From NCBI GenBank assembly GCA_963663865.1, contig OY760686.1, positions 1,504,001-1,568,000 of the forward strand: a stretch of DNA of 64,000 nt, written 5' to 3'. Positions 39,907-51,083 of the stretch are shown here, in pieces (position 1 is the stretch's first letter; every line of letters begins with the position of its first letter). The translations under genes and the position numbers were made by a program. Under the pieces are notes generated by a model. That model worked only from the letters and a program-made list of their open reading frames with translations. It made no database searches and was not told the origin of the DNA. This DNA comes from Spirochaetota bacterium (GTDB lineage Bacteria > Spirochaetota > UBA4802 > UBA5550).

Positions 39907-40578
39907 TTGGAGGATGGGATGAATGTCAGGGATTTTTTTCGGAGGGTGAAAGTTATACCTGTCTCGGTAGTTGAAACTGACTACGAGGCCTTGAAGCTTT
40001 CCGAGACGCTTGTCGCGGAGTCGGTTAATCTCATTGAAATTACTATGAGGACTCAGGGCGCGGCTGACTGCATAAAAGCGGTCAAAAAGCGCTTTCCGGA
40101 GATGATAGTGGGTGCGGGGAGTGTCCTTACGCTTGAGTCGTTCAGGGCGGCAGCTGACGCGGGAGTCGATTTCGCTGTTTCGCCTGTCTGCGATTTGAAG
40201 CTGCTCGGTTTCGCCGGCAAGAGCGGAATCCCGTTCGTTCCGGGCATATCGACACCGTCAGAGCTTAACAGCGTTTTGGGGCTTGCCGATGTAATCAAGG
40301 TCTTTCCGGCGGAACAGCTTGGAGGCCCTGCATACATAAACGCGATATCCGCTCCGTTCAAGATGATGGACTTTGACCTCATGCCTACCGGGGGCATTCA
40401 CACGGGTAACATAGCTTCCTATCTTTCAACAGACAGGGTGTCCTGCTGCGGACTGTCGCAGATAGCGGACCGAAAGCTTCTCTCCTCCGGTGACTATACC
40501 GGGTTAAGGCAGAGAATAAGGGAGGTGCTCGACGCTGTGCCCGAGAGGCTTCGCGCCGAAGAAACAAAGCGGTCTTAG
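39907..40578 (+). CDS. eda: KDPG/KHG aldolase
   Basis: IEITMRT, VGAGSV, PGISTPSE, KVFPA, MPTGGI. Confidence 0.9.
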   Translation: MEDGMNVRDFFRRVKVIPVSVVETDYEALKLSETLVAESVNLIEITMRTQGAADCIKAVKKRFPEMIVGAGSVLTLESFRAAADAGVDFAVSPVCDLKLLGFAGKSGIPFVPGISTPSELNSVLGLADVIKVFPAEQLGGPAYINAISAPFKMMDFDLMPTGGIHTGNIASYLSTDRVSCCGLSQIADRKLLSSGDYTGLRQRIREVLDAVPERLRAEETKRS

Positions 40579-40642
40579 TCCGACAGACCTCCTCTAATTG
40601 CCGAATAAAACGCGAACGCGGTAAAACAGGAGTCTTATCCTC

Positions 40643-41611
40643 ATGGAAAATCTTTTCAGAAAGGCCTTTGAATTCAGAGGATTCCTTCACAATTCAACAG
40701 AAAACACCTGCTACAGAATATTCAATTCCGGATCGGATGGAATTCCCGGCCTGACAATTGACAGATACGGCGAATATATCCTTGTCCAGTTTTATGACGA
40801 AGCGATAGTAGACAGTAAGGACGGCCTTCTTCGTGCTGAGCTGGCTTCTGAAATAGCTGACGCTGTTGAGTGTCTCCCTTTCAATGTGAAGGGGGTAGTG
40901 CTGAAGAACCGGATTATGTACGTTGATATCCCGGATTATTCCGATGTCCGGACGAGCCAGCTGCTTCAGGGAGAGCTGCCTCCCGGGGACTATGGCGTAC
41001 GCCAGAACGGCCTCGAAGTCTGTGTTGATATAGTCAATGGACAGAGCACTGGAGTTTTTCTGGACATGAGGGAGGTCAGAGATTTCCTGGGTTCGTTTTA
41101 CAGGGAAAAGGGAGTCCGCCGAATGCTTAACCTTTTCTGCTATACAGGGCTTTTTTCTGTTCACGCCCTTGCGAGCGGAGTCGCATCGGCTGTCAACGTT
41201 GATCTGTCGAGGTCCGTATTGACGCGTGCCAGAAAAAACTATGAGCTCAACGGGCTTCGCGCTGATGACAGGGACTTTATTTACGGGGACGCGAATGAAT
41301 GGATACGCAGGCTTAAAAAGCAGGGAAGGGTGTTCGACTTTGTTGTAATTGATCCGCCGACATTTGCCAGGCACAGGTCGAAGTCGTTTTCTGTAAAAAG
41401 AGACATGGCAGATTCCATAAACAATCTTTCTCACCTCGCCCCCGGCGGCTATGTGCTCAGCGCCGTTAATACAAAAAATGTTGATGAAGCTGAGTACCTT
41501 TCCTATCATCCCGCGGGGTGGGAGCTTGTCAGATTCTTCAGAGAATCAACCGACTATATTCCCGAGAAGGAAAACTACCTCAAATGCGGTATTTGGCAGG
41601 TAAAAGAATAA
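40643..41611 (+). CDS. RlmI/RlmK-like class I SAM-dependent rRNA methyltransferase
   Basis: DGIPGLTIDRY, TGVFLDMR, LNLFCYTG, VIDPPTF. Confidence 0.88.
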   Translation: MENLFRKAFEFRGFLHNSTENTCYRIFNSGSDGIPGLTIDRYGEYILVQFYDEAIVDSKDGLLRAELASEIADAVECLPFNVKGVVLKNRIMYVDIPDYSDVRTSQLLQGELPPGDYGVRQNGLEVCVDIVNGQSTGVFLDMREVRDFLGSFYREKGVRRMLNLFCYTGLFSVHALASGVASAVNVDLSRSVLTRARKNYELNGLRADDRDFIYGDANEWIRRLKKQGRVFDFVVIDPPTFARHRSKSFSVKRDMADSINNLSHLAPGGYVLSAVNTKNVDEAEYLSYHPAGWELVRFFRESTDYIPEKENYLKCGIWQVKE

Positions 41612-41717
41612 AAAAACGATAATAATAACCGGTTCGTCTGCCGTTTCTGAAAATATGTTGACACTGCCATGAGCAGCATTGACAATATATTCGCCAAGAG
41701 GTGGTCAATAAACTGAT

Positions 41718-42566
41718 ATGCTGTATTTATCAATAGCTTTAATAGCGGGCGGTGTTTTGGTCTTTGCGTATTCGCTCATCTCGTTAGTCGCCGAGAGAAG
41801 GCGCGACGCGGTGTTTGTAACCCGCCAGCAGGACGACAGACGACCTGAAGAGGCATCCTTGCGAAGGGGGGGCCGGTATAAGGCTGACCCTGCCGCCCGA
41901 AAGATTTCACAGCCTGAAAGGACCGGGCAGTCCCCCCGGCCGCCCATAAGCGATGAAGATGATTATCTTCCTTTTTCAGGGGGGGGTGATGCCTCTTCAG
42001 AAGAGATTGCTGCCGCTGCCGAGCCTGAGCCGATTTCAGACGCCGATGCCTTGTCAGAGGGTGGAAACATTCAGGGGCCGTCTGTTCGGAATCATCAGGA
42101 GGAGACGGCAACACTGGGCGAAAACACTGTCAGTCTGGAGGCCGAACCAGTGTCCTATTCAGAGGCTGAGGCTGAAACCGCCAGTATTGCGTTACAGCCT
42201 GAAGATGAACCTGCACCGAATCGGGATGAGCATGTTTTTTCGGCTGCTCTTTTCGAGGATGAGGCGGGTATTCTTGACTACAGGCGTGTGGGACAGGAGC
42301 ACGGTATTGACCCTGAAGCCTATTCCGGATTGAAGAGGGCCGGGAAAGGTGCGTTGACGGTTGAAGGCGACGGCCTTTCTTTTCGAAGCGGCGGCAGGCT
42401 TTTCAGGTATGATTTTCACAGACTGCAAAAAATTCAATCGGGAGACGGCTACGCGGCTGTCTTTATGAAAAAAAACGGCGCGGTGAGACTGTTTGTTTTT
42501 GATGAAGCCGCCCGGGCGGGGAATTACCTCAAGGATCGTTACGATGAATACAGAAGTTCAAGATGA
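41718..42566 (+). CDS. Membrane-anchored hypothetical protein with acidic linker and C-terminal beta-rich domain
   Basis: N-terminal TM, low-complexity E/A/P linker. Confidence 0.7.
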   Translation: MLYLSIALIAGGVLVFAYSLISLVAERRRDAVFVTRQQDDRRPEEASLRRGGRYKADPAARKISQPERTGQSPRPPISDEDDYLPFSGGGDASSEEIAAAAEPEPISDADALSEGGNIQGPSVRNHQEETATLGENTVSLEAEPVSYSEAEAETASIALQPEDEPAPNRDEHVFSAALFEDEAGILDYRRVGQEHGIDPEAYSGLKRAGKGALTVEGDGLSFRSGGRLFRYDFHRLQKIQSGDGYAAVFMKKNGAVRLFVFDEAARAGNYLKDRYDEYRSSR

Positions 42567-42616
42567 AATTCTGTATTAGGCCGTTTTGAATAATTTATGG
42601 AGTAAGGATTTTCCGG

Positions 42617-43578
42617 ATGTATTACAGATATAAGCCCAGAAAAAGAGAGAGGCGCGTTCTTAAAAGGTTTTTGTTTTTTCTGGTTATGGCAGCGTTTCTT
42701 TCAGCCGCGTACTATTTTCGTAGTTACCTGATGTTCTGGAAGTACACTGACAACAGGGTCCTGTCAGAAATTTCAGCCGCAGCATCGGTAGTTGACAGCA
42801 CGAAACGCGTTGCCGGACTCAATGATCTCGACGGTGTCATGAGAAAATACCGGGATGACAATCCTCTAAAATCCGAACCCTTCCTCATGTCCGGAAAGGT
42901 CAGTTATATGCTCGGGGCAAGCCTTCTTGGTGAAGATTTCTCCTGGTATTTCATAGAGGACAGGCCGGTTCCGGTTCCTGATCCTTCGTCCAGGCACTTT
43001 ATCGCAGCGGTCAAACATATCAAGAAGGGAATTGCGCTGAATGGATCCTCAGATATACCATCACAGTACAGGGTGATTCTCGCTAGAGCCATGTACTATA
43101 CTTCATTCAAATCTACTGCCGAAATAGCGTCTGTTGTGGAAAATGTTGATGTTGATACAATAGATGATAAGGAAGAACTAAGGTTCCTATCCTATATTCT
43201 TGCCTCGGGGAAGTCGCCTGAAAAAGGATTCAGGATACTTGCCGAAAGGTGTGTTGAATCAGGAAATGAAAGGCCAGGCTTTTTGAGGCGGCAGTGAAGA
43301 AGAAAACCGGCAAATATACAGATGCCATCATGGTATACAGGGACATAATTGCCTCATCGAAAGATGAGAGGGTTTTAAAAATAGCAAGGTTGAGTCTCGG
43401 CAAGGTCTATTACGGCCAGCTTTTATACAGGGAGGCTGTTGCCAGGTTTGAGGAAGCTCTCAGGTTTGATCCGGAAAACACTGAAATAAAGGGCTGGATG
43501 GACAGGGCCCTTGCGGCGTCCGGAGACAGGCAGGCCGCTGCCAGGATATTAAAGAATGTCGGGACGCAGCTTGAGTAA
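42617..43578 (+). pseudogene. Membrane-anchored TPR protein split by a single-base frameshift near 43270 (ORFs 42617-43297 and 43294-43578)
   Basis: One extra A in GAAAGG (43268-43273) joins ...ESGNE to KARLFEAAVKKKTGKYTDA..., continuing into TPR helices (LGKVYYGQLLYREA, DPEN). Confidence 0.7.
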
Positions 43579-43719
43579 AATTATAAGTAAGTAATTTTTT
43601 TTGCCGATAATTATACGATGTGTCAGAAAAAATGAATTGTCTTGACAAAAACTGACAGATCCGGCATAAGGAAGCCTGGATTATGTCGTATTAAAAGGTA
43701 ATCAATCTTCAGGAGATAT

Positions 43720-44745
43720 ATGATGCTTAATTCTTTCTATGGAATGTTTTCCAACGATATGGGGATAGACCTCGGGACAGCAAACACGCTGGTTCATGTA
43801 AAAGGCCAGGGAATCGTTCTTAGCGAACCTTCGGTCGTTGCTGTTCAGACCGGAACCGGAAAGGTTCTTGCGGTTGGGCAGGAGGCAAAGAGAATGCTGG
43901 GCCGGACCCCGGGCGATATTGTCGCGATAAGACCGATGAAGGACGGCGTAATCGCTGACTTCGAAACCGTAGAAAAGATGATTCGATATTTCTTTACCAA
44001 AGTTCATAAAAGAAAAACGCTTGTAAGGCCGCGTGTTGTAATCGGTGTTCCTTCCGGTATTACAGAGGTGGAAAAAAGAGCCGTGCGCGAGTCAGCTGAA
44101 CAGGCAGGCGCCAGGGAGATTTTCCTGATAGAGGAAGCACTCGCCGCTGCAATAGGAGCGAATATTCCGATACATGAGCCGGCCGGGCACATGATAGTCG
44201 ATATCGGTGGAGGAACAACTGAAATAGCTGTAATATCCCTTGGAGGAATGGTAATAGCCGATTCCATCAGGGTGGCCGGTGATGAGTTTGATGACGCAAT
44301 AATAAAATATATGAGGACACAGTATAATCTGGTTATCGGTGAAAGGATGGCTGAAGAGGTCAAATTCCGCCTCGGCAATGCCTTCCCGGAAAAAAAGGTC
44401 GAGATAATGGAGCTGAAGGGTCGGGATGCTATATCCGGTCTTCCCCGAACACTTGAGATAGATTCAGCTGAAATCAGAAAGGCGTTAAAAGAGCCTGTCG
44501 AGCAAATCCTTGAAGGGATTAAGCATGCTCTTGAGAAGACACCGCCGGAACTCGCCGCGGATATTGTGGAGAGGGGTATTGTTATGACAGGCGGCGGTTC
44601 TCTCCTTAAGGGACTGGACAAGTATATCAGTAAGGAAACAGGGGTGCCGGTTATCCTTGCGGAAAATCCCCTTACATGTGTTGTTCTTGGCGCTGGAAAA
44701 TTCCTGGAGGAGATTAAAAATCTCTACAGAGCAAACCTGAAATAG
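43720..44745 (+). CDS. mreB: Rod shape-determining protein MreB
   Basis: [34 protein letters not shown]. Confidence 0.98.
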   Translation: MMLNSFYGMFSNDMGIDLGTANTLVHVKGQGIVLSEPSVVAVQTGTGKVLAVGQEAKRMLGRTPGDIVAIRPMKDGVIADFETVEKMIRYFFTKVHKRKTLVRPRVVIGVPSGITEVEKRAVRESAEQAGAREIFLIEEALAAAIGANIPIHEPAGHMIVDIGGGTTEIAVISLGGMVIADSIRVAGDEFDDAIIKYMRTQYNLVIGERMAEEVKFRLGNAFPEKKVEIMELKGRDAISGLPRTLEIDSAEIRKALKEPVEQILEGIKHALEKTPPELAADIVERGIVMTGGGSLLKGLDKYISKETGVPVILAENPLTCVVLGAGKFLEEIKNLYRANLK

Positions 44746-44755
44746 AAGACTGACC

Positions 44756-45619
44756 GTGGACTTTTTTATTAGAAACAAATCTGTAGTTGTTTTTGCGGCC
44801 TTTTCTCTTTTCTGCATTATATCGCTGTCTGTTCATTCCTCTACCGCAGCTATCTCTCTTGAGGGAATAGGCAGTGCTCTGGTTATGCCGTTTCAGAAAG
44901 GGTATAACTTCGTGCAGAAGGGCGTACACAGACTCTGGGCCGGTTTTACTGAGCTTGGCGATGTGCGCGAGGAACTCCAGAAGACAAGAGAAAAGCTTGA
45001 GCATTACGAAGGAATAGCCGAAGAGCTCTTTCAGATCCGCAGGGAAAATGAGAACCTCAGAAAATTGATCGGCATGAAGGAAAAGGTCGAATACGATTCA
45101 ATTCATGCGACGATTATATCCAAAGATCCCGACAACTGGTTCAGGACCATAATAGTTAATAGAGGTTCTTCTGACGGAGTCAAGGTCAATATGCCGGTGG
45201 TCGCTTTCAGCGGAGATCAGAAGGCGGTTGTAGGCAAGGTAGTAGAGGTTAGAGGAAGTATTTCAAGAATTATGCCGGTTATTTCCTCAAATATGAGGCT
45301 CGGAGTGATGCTTCAAAAGAGCGGATTCCCGGGTCTTCTGCAGGGACAGTCCACAAGCTCCAATCTATGCGTAGTCGATTATATCAGCCGGGCCGCAGTG
45401 ATGGCTTTTGGGGATGTTGTGGTTACATCCGGCCAGGGAGGAGTGTTTCCCGAAGGTCTGGTAGTCGGAACAGTCCTTACGTCCGGCGTCCCCGATTCGA
45501 GCGCCTATCAAAAGACAATTGTCAAGCCGGTAATAGACTATGACAGAATACAGGATGTAATCATAATTAAAAAAGAACCTGATCCGGAGTTTGTAAAAAT
45601 GCTTGAGGATGCGAAATGA
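44756..45619 (+). CDS. mreC: Rod shape-determining protein MreC
   Basis: TM, ENENLRKL, NRGSSDGV, VVTSGQGGVFPEGL; operon position. Confidence 0.95.
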   Translation: MDFFIRNKSVVVFAAFSLFCIISLSVHSSTAAISLEGIGSALVMPFQKGYNFVQKGVHRLWAGFTELGDVREELQKTREKLEHYEGIAEELFQIRRENENLRKLIGMKEKVEYDSIHATIISKDPDNWFRTIIVNRGSSDGVKVNMPVVAFSGDQKAVVGKVVEVRGSISRIMPVISSNMRLGVMLQKSGFPGLLQGQSTSSNLCVVDYISRAAVMAFGDVVVTSGQGGVFPEGLVVGTVLTSGVPDSSAYQKTIVKPVIDYDRIQDVIIIKKEPDPEFVKMLEDAK

Positions 45620-46119
45620 TTATTACATATCTGCTGACAGGTCTTGTCCTTGCCATAGCGCTTCTTGTTCAGGGTCATACATCAACAGACGCGATAAGGT
45701 TCTTCGGTGTAAAACCTGATCTCGTTTTTATTATCGTTGTTTATCTCGGATATACATTCGGATCATTTTATGCCCAGATCAGTGCCTTCGTTTCCGGAAT
45801 TTTCCGCGATTCCATTTCAAATTCACCGCTTGGATTTCTTACATTGCCTGCGGTTATTATCGCTTTTCTGGCCGGAATGCTCGGAAGGGGGGTCTTTAAA
45901 TCAAGCCTGCTTATGATTTCTCTGATGCTTTTTGTAGCCAGCCTCTTGAAGGGTGTAATATGCCTTGTATTGGCGTACATATTTTCAGCAGGTGACGCTG
46001 TATCTATTTACAATCTGATACTGCCAGAGGCCCTTTACAATGCCGTTCTGGCTCCTCCTGTTTTCATACTTCTTGATAAGCTCTTTTCAAGCGAGATTGA
46101 GAGGGGGGATTTTCAGTAG
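45616..46119 (+). CDS. mreD: Rod shape-determining protein MreD
   Basis: GVKPDL, hydrophobic; lies between mreC and mrdA. Confidence 0.92.
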   Translation: MIITYLLTGLVLAIALLVQGHTSTDAIRFFGVKPDLVFIIVVYLGYTFGSFYAQISAFVSGIFRDSISNSPLGFLTLPAVIIAFLAGMLGRGVFKSSLLMISLMLFVASLLKGVICLVLAYIFSAGDAVSIYNLILPEALYNAVLAPPVFILLDKLFSSEIERGDFQ

Positions 46120-47949
46120 ATGAACCAGTCGTCTCTAAGGGCCAGGATGCTTGAAGCTTTCAGGGTCCGGATGTACATCTTTCTGGGAATTGTAGTAATC
46201 AGTTTTCTGATTCTCTTTGTTCAACTAATAAACCTCCAGCTTGTTCAAGGGAACGAGTATAGTGAGAGATCCAGGCTGAACATGGAAAACAATATCCCGA
46301 TTACGGCGCCCCGCGGTGAAATATATGACAGGAATTTTGCCGCCGGAGAAAGATCGTTTACTATCGCTTCTAACCGTCCTTCATTCAACGTTACAACAAT
46401 ACCGTCAAAGTTTAATAGCCGGAAGCAGTTCAGACATATTGTCCGAAACCTGAGTATTCTTACGGGCGTAGAAGAAAAAGAAATTCTGAAACAGGCTGAA
46501 GGGCATAATAACTGGGAAAGGATAGTCCTCGTTGAAGATGTTGATTTTTCAACAATCGTCAAAATTGCTTCCCATAATGAACTTTTCCCCAACATTGACT
46601 GGGAGGACGCTCCGGTGCGAGTTTACAATTCCGGAAACAGCTTCGCGCATGTGGCCGGTTATACCGGGAATATAAGCCGGTCAGAATACCGCAGGCTTAA
46701 GATGCAAGGGTACAGACACTACCAGAAAATTGGGAAAACAGGGATTGAAAAGCAGTATGACAGCGAACTCCGGGGAAGCGACGGTTTTATCCGCCGGATA
46801 GTTGATGTCAGAAACAGAACTGAGGGCGAAGAAATAGGCGCCAGGCCTCTGTCCGGCAATAATCTTGTCCTTACTATAGACGCCGGAGTGCAAAAGGCCG
46901 CCAGCGATGCGATGAAGGATATGAGGGGGGCAGCAGTAGCCATTAAGCCTTCAACCGGAGAGGTGATAGCGCTTGTCAGCAAACCTGATTTCGATACTAA
47001 TCTGCTCAATACAAAAAACAACAGCGCTCTGATAGCCGAGATATCAACCAACAAAGAGAAGCCGTTTTTAAACAGGGTTATACAGTCGATGTATCCTCCC
47101 GCTTCAACATTCAAGCTCGTTACTGCTGTCGCAGCGCTCGAAACGGAGAAGGGTCATCCCTCCCTGGCTTATACCTGTTACGGGAAATATACGTTAAAAG
47201 GATATGTTGACCGGGATTTCTACTGTTATGAGGTTCACGGAACCCTTGATCTGACGCGGGCCATAGCAAAGTCCTGCAGTGTTTATTTTTATCAGTTGGG
47301 GTATAAGACCGGTCCAACCTCAATTCTTCAGTATGCGGACTACTTCGGACTGAACCAGAAATCAGAAATCGATTTACCTGGAGAAACAGCTGGATTTATA
47401 CCGTCAAAAAAGTGGAAGCTCAAAACATTTAACCAGCCCTGGTTTGACGGAGATACAATCAACCTTTCGATCGGGCAGGGTTTCTTAAGCGTTACTCCAA
47501 TGGCAATGGCTCAATTTACTTCCGCAATAGTCAATGGAGGTATGGTCTATATACCGCATATTATGAAGGAAATAAGAAGCCCTGACAACAGCAAGATTAT
47601 CAAAAAGAATGAAATTAAGAGGCTCAGGGAAATACCGCTTTCACCGGTGACGCTGAACACAGTAAAGCAGGGGATGAGGCTTTCCGTTACAGGAGGAACA
47701 TCGGCCGGACTGTCATACCTGAAGGTTCCTGCGGCGGGAAAAACAGGAACAGCGCAGACCCGTTCCAGCCGTCACGATGACGCTTCACAGCACGGATGGT
47801 TCACCGGATTTGCCCCCTTTGGGGCAGAGCCGGAAAAGGCGGTTGTAGTCACGGTAATGATTGAGCAGGGGGTTGCCGGAGCGGCAACTGCCGTTCCAGT
47901 TGCCGCAAGAATATTTTCAAGGCTTGAAGAATTGGGGTACTTTAAATGA
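46120..47949 (+). CDS. mrdA: Penicillin-binding protein 2
   Basis: APRGEIYDRN, STFK, SCS (SxN variant), KTGTAQ. Confidence 0.95.
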   Translation: MNQSSLRARMLEAFRVRMYIFLGIVVISFLILFVQLINLQLVQGNEYSERSRLNMENNIPITAPRGEIYDRNFAAGERSFTIASNRPSFNVTTIPSKFNSRKQFRHIVRNLSILTGVEEKEILKQAEGHNNWERIVLVEDVDFSTIVKIASHNELFPNIDWEDAPVRVYNSGNSFAHVAGYTGNISRSEYRRLKMQGYRHYQKIGKTGIEKQYDSELRGSDGFIRRIVDVRNRTEGEEIGARPLSGNNLVLTIDAGVQKAASDAMKDMRGAAVAIKPSTGEVIALVSKPDFDTNLLNTKNNSALIAEISTNKEKPFLNRVIQSMYPPASTFKLVTAVAALETEKGHPSLAYTCYGKYTLKGYVDRDFYCYEVHGTLDLTRAIAKSCSVYFYQLGYKTGPTSILQYADYFGLNQKSEIDLPGETAGFIPSKKWKLKTFNQPWFDGDTINLSIGQGFLSVTPMAMAQFTSAIVNGGMVYIPHIMKEIRSPDNSKIIKKNEIKRLREIPLSPVTLNTVKQGMRLSVTGGTSAGLSYLKVPAAGKTGTAQTRSSRHDDASQHGWFTGFAPFGAEPEKAVVVTVMIEQGVAGAATAVPVAARIFSRLEELGYFK

Positions 47950-49259
47950 GCGGCAAAGACAGCCTCTACAGGATAGATTATCTTCTTGTTGCAGCAGTTG
48001 TTGCAACCGCTCTTATCGGAGTACTGATGATTTACAGCGGCGGGTTTGACCCGATAGATAAGCTGAATTCAGGAATGTATAAGAAACAGATACTTTGGCT
48101 GATAATAGGCTTTGTGCTGATGATAGCTATTACTTTTATTAGTTACCAGCAGCTGGGTTACTACTCAATTTATATTTATGCTGTCACTCTTGTTCTCCTC
48201 ATGATTCCAACCTTTTTAGGCAGTCCGGTGAGAAACACAAGAGCATGGCTGAATTTTGGGCTGTTTTCAATACAACCTTCAGAGTTTATGAAAATAGCCC
48301 TTGTGATAATTCTTGCCAAATACCTGGAACTCCGAGAGAGAGATATGTCCCGTTTCCGTGAGATCATGATTCCAATGCTTCTAACGCTGATCCCGGTCGC
48401 GATAATAATGAAGCAGCCTGACTTCGGAACGGCAGTCACCTTCTTCCCCATTCTTTTTGTGATGCTGTTTGTCGGTGGGGCCGACGTGGCTTACCTCATG
48501 TCCATTATCTCAATAGCGGTAATAGCCCTTGTTGTACCTATGTTCCTGACATACAGGGAGTGGATCGGGGATACAGACAATCTGCTTCTGAGGTTTTTCA
48601 GGGATACCGATCAGATAATAATTATTTCCGCTGTACTTATTTTTATTGCCGCAGCCGTCTTTATAACCAGTTACTTTGTTAAGCATAAGATTTTCAGGCG
48701 GATATACCTTCCATCATTAGTGCTTTCAGTCGGGCTCATGTCCTCTGTAATAATTCAGCGTTTCTTCATTGACTATCAGAAAAAACGGATTCTTGTTTTC
48801 TTAAATCCAGAGCTTGATCCTCAGGGTTCCGGCTATAATATTATTCAGTCAAAAATAGCTATTGGTTCAGGAGAGTTTCTGGGTAAAGGATTTCTTGAAG
48901 GGAGCCAGTCTCAGTTAGGTTTTTTGCCTGAGAAGACATCCGACTTTATATTTTCGGTTGTTGCTGAGGAGTGGGGTTTTATTGGAGCGACTGTTCTGCT
49001 GCTGCTGCTGGCATTTATAATATTCAGAGGTGTGCAGGTCGCCCTTCAGTCGAAGGATAAATTTGGCGCTCTGCTCGCCAGCGGAATCGCTACAATATTG
49101 TTCATTCACGTCATAATTAATATTGGCATGGTTATGGGGATTATGCCTGTTACAGGATTGCCGCTTGTGTTTGTTTCCTATGGAGGCTCCAATCTGATTA
49201 TGTCAATGCTGGCCGTCGGAATTTTGATTAATATCCGGATGAGGAAATTCGTTTACTGA
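47946..49259 (+). CDS. rodA: Rod shape-determining SEDS protein RodA
   Basis: IQPSEFMK, QPDFGT, FLPEKTSDFIF, PVTGLPLVFVSYGGS. Confidence 0.96.
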   Translation: MSGKDSLYRIDYLLVAAVVATALIGVLMIYSGGFDPIDKLNSGMYKKQILWLIIGFVLMIAITFISYQQLGYYSIYIYAVTLVLLMIPTFLGSPVRNTRAWLNFGLFSIQPSEFMKIALVIILAKYLELRERDMSRFREIMIPMLLTLIPVAIIMKQPDFGTAVTFFPILFVMLFVGGADVAYLMSIISIAVIALVVPMFLTYREWIGDTDNLLLRFFRDTDQIIIISAVLIFIAAAVFITSYFVKHKIFRRIYLPSLVLSVGLMSSVIIQRFFIDYQKKRILVFLNPELDPQGSGYNIIQSKIAIGSGEFLGKGFLEGSQSQLGFLPEKTSDFIFSVVAEEWGFIGATVLLLLLAFIIFRGVQVALQSKDKFGALLASGIATILFIHVIINIGMVMGIMPVTGLPLVFVSYGGSNLIMSMLAVGILINIRMRKFVY

Positions 49260-49290
49260 TTGAAGCATTTAACAAATCCGGAGGCAAAAA

Positions 49291-49977
49291 ATGAAAAGGG
49301 CAGTCGTACTTTTGAGCGGGGGCATTGATTCTGCAACCTCAGCGGCCGATGCAAAGGGAAGAGGTTACAGCATTGTTGCAGTAACATTTAATTACGGTCA
49401 GCGGCATTCAGTTGAGGCCCGTGCTGCGGAACGTATCGCTGAGACTTTAAAGGCTGAATCCCACATTTTTATAGACATACCCGTTGGTGTTTTTAATTCC
49501 TCTCTGGTTAAAGACTGCGGAATTGAAGTTCCAAAAATGCGGGAAGTTCTATCCGAAGATGACATACCGTCAACCTATGTTCCGGCAAGGAATATTCTAT
49601 TTCTTTCGTATGCACTTGCAATAGCTGAATCCCGCAATGCCGATGCGGTGTTTATTGGCGCTAACGCTGTTGATTACAGCGGATATCCTGACTGCAGGCC
49701 GGATTTTTTTACGGCATTCTCCAGAGTGTCAGAGCTTGGAACCAGGGCGGGAGTGGAAGGACACCCGGTTAAGATAGAAACTCCGCTAATTAATCTCACT
49801 AAAGCCGAAATCATAAGAAAGGGTATTAAGCTGGGGGTTGACTACGCAATGACGCATAGCTGCTATGATCCAGATGAAAGCGGAAGAGCCTGCGGCGAGT
49901 GTGACAGTTGCATTATTAGAAAGAAGGGCTTTGAAGAGGCCGGCGTGCCTGATCCTACTGTTTATTCAGCGAAATGA
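49291..49977 (+). CDS. queC: 7-cyano-7-deazaguanine synthase
   Basis: LSGGIDS, YGQRH, TYVPARN, YSGYPDCR, CGECDSC. Confidence 0.97.
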   Translation: MKRAVVLLSGGIDSATSAADAKGRGYSIVAVTFNYGQRHSVEARAAERIAETLKAESHIFIDIPVGVFNSSLVKDCGIEVPKMREVLSEDDIPSTYVPARNILFLSYALAIAESRNADAVFIGANAVDYSGYPDCRPDFFTAFSRVSELGTRAGVEGHPVKIETPLINLTKAEIIRKGIKLGVDYAMTHSCYDPDESGRACGECDSCIIRKKGFEEAGVPDPTVYSAK

Positions 49978-50702
49978 ATGCTTTGAGGTCTTTTGCCGGG
50001 ATTGCGGCTGATATAATATTTCCCTCATATTGTGTTTTATGCGGCCGGCCGACAGGTGCTTTTGATTATCCACTTTGTATTCAGTGCGAGTCAGGTATTA
50101 AGACGCCGGTGAATATCTGCCCGATTTGCTCCGGTACTGTTGCCGAAGGAGAATGTGTATTTTGCGCTGAAAGACACTTCTATCCGCAGAAAAACATTTC
50201 ACTTATGGAGTATAAGGGCGGCGGGGCTATGCTGCTTCAGCATTTTAAATTCGGGGCAAAGAGGAAGCTGGCCCATTATTTTGCGGGGAGAGCGATGCCG
50301 CTGTTGAGTGAAATAGCCAGGCCAGACATTGTCACATCAGTTCCAATGCGCTATAGAAAGATGCAGAAAAGGGGATATAATCAGGCTGAGGAGTTCGGCA
50401 GAGCCATTGCCGGCAAAATTGGCGTTCCGTACGCAAGGCTTCTCGCGGAGAACAGGGCGGCAAAGAACCAGAAAACCCTTGATTACTGCAGCCGTTTCTT
50501 TAATACCTTCGGGCGTTTCAGAACTATCAATAGCGGGCTGATTCCAGGGAAAATAATTCTGTTAACCGATGATGTATTTACAACTGGTTCGACGGTTAAT
50601 GAATGCGCGAGGATTCTTGAAGAATGCGGCGCGGAAGCAGTTTTTTCCGTAACAATAGCGAGAGCAGATGTAAAAAAGCTTGATAAATATTCCATTGTAT
50701 AA
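49974..50702 (+). CDS. comF: ComF-family protein (zinc ribbon and PRTase)
   Basis: FPSYCVLC, RGYNQA, LTDDVFTTGST. Confidence 0.9.
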   Translation: MNALRSFAGIAADIIFPSYCVLCGRPTGAFDYPLCIQCESGIKTPVNICPICSGTVAEGECVFCAERHFYPQKNISLMEYKGGGAMLLQHFKFGAKRKLAHYFAGRAMPLLSEIARPDIVTSVPMRYRKMQKRGYNQAEEFGRAIAGKIGVPYARLLAENRAAKNQKTLDYCSRFFNTFGRFRTINSGLIPGKIILLTDDVFTTGSTVNECARILEECGAEAVFSVTIARADVKKLDKYSIV

Positions 50703-50753
50703 AATAATCACGTGTCACGATGCTGCCGATATCACCAAAACCGGGGTTTAAAT

Positions 50754-51083
50754 ATGAAAAAAGAGTCTTATGACAACATCGAAATAATTACTCTTGAGGG
50801 TCGCATTGACCAGGATGGCTCAGAAGAGCTTGAAACGGTACTTCAGGAGTGTCTTAACGAAAAAAAACACAATATTTGTATCGATATGATAAACGTTAAG
50901 CATATATGCAGTTCAGCGCTTGGTTCCCTTGTAGCTATTAAGAGGAAAATAAAGGACAGCGAGGGTGATATAAAGCTGATAATTTCGAGCGACAACCTTC
51001 TAAGGTTATTTCAGACGACAATGCTTGATAAGGTTTTTGAGATTTATGACTCAAGGCGGGAGTGCCTGTCTACTTTTGATTAA
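50754..51083 (+). CDS. STAS-domain anti-sigma factor antagonist
   Basis: LEGRID, VKHICSSALGSL, LDKVFEIY. Confidence 0.88.
   Translation: MKKESYDNIEIITLEGRIDQDGSEELETVLQECLNEKKHNICIDMINVKHICSSALGSLVAIKRKIKDSEGDIKLIISSDNLLRLFQTTMLDKVFEIYDSRRECLSTFD

Noticed and set aside
25978-41986. Homopolymer tracts (C9 at 25978 in hisF, A9 near 29550, G8 at 41979) as phase-variation sites
   Set aside because: All lie in intact in-frame genes and encode Gly or Lys runs.
8241-44621. Long antisense ORFs such as 8241-8960, 38706-39239, 40694-41509 and 44004-44621
   Set aside because: Shadow frames of well-supported genes, with no motifs or RBS.
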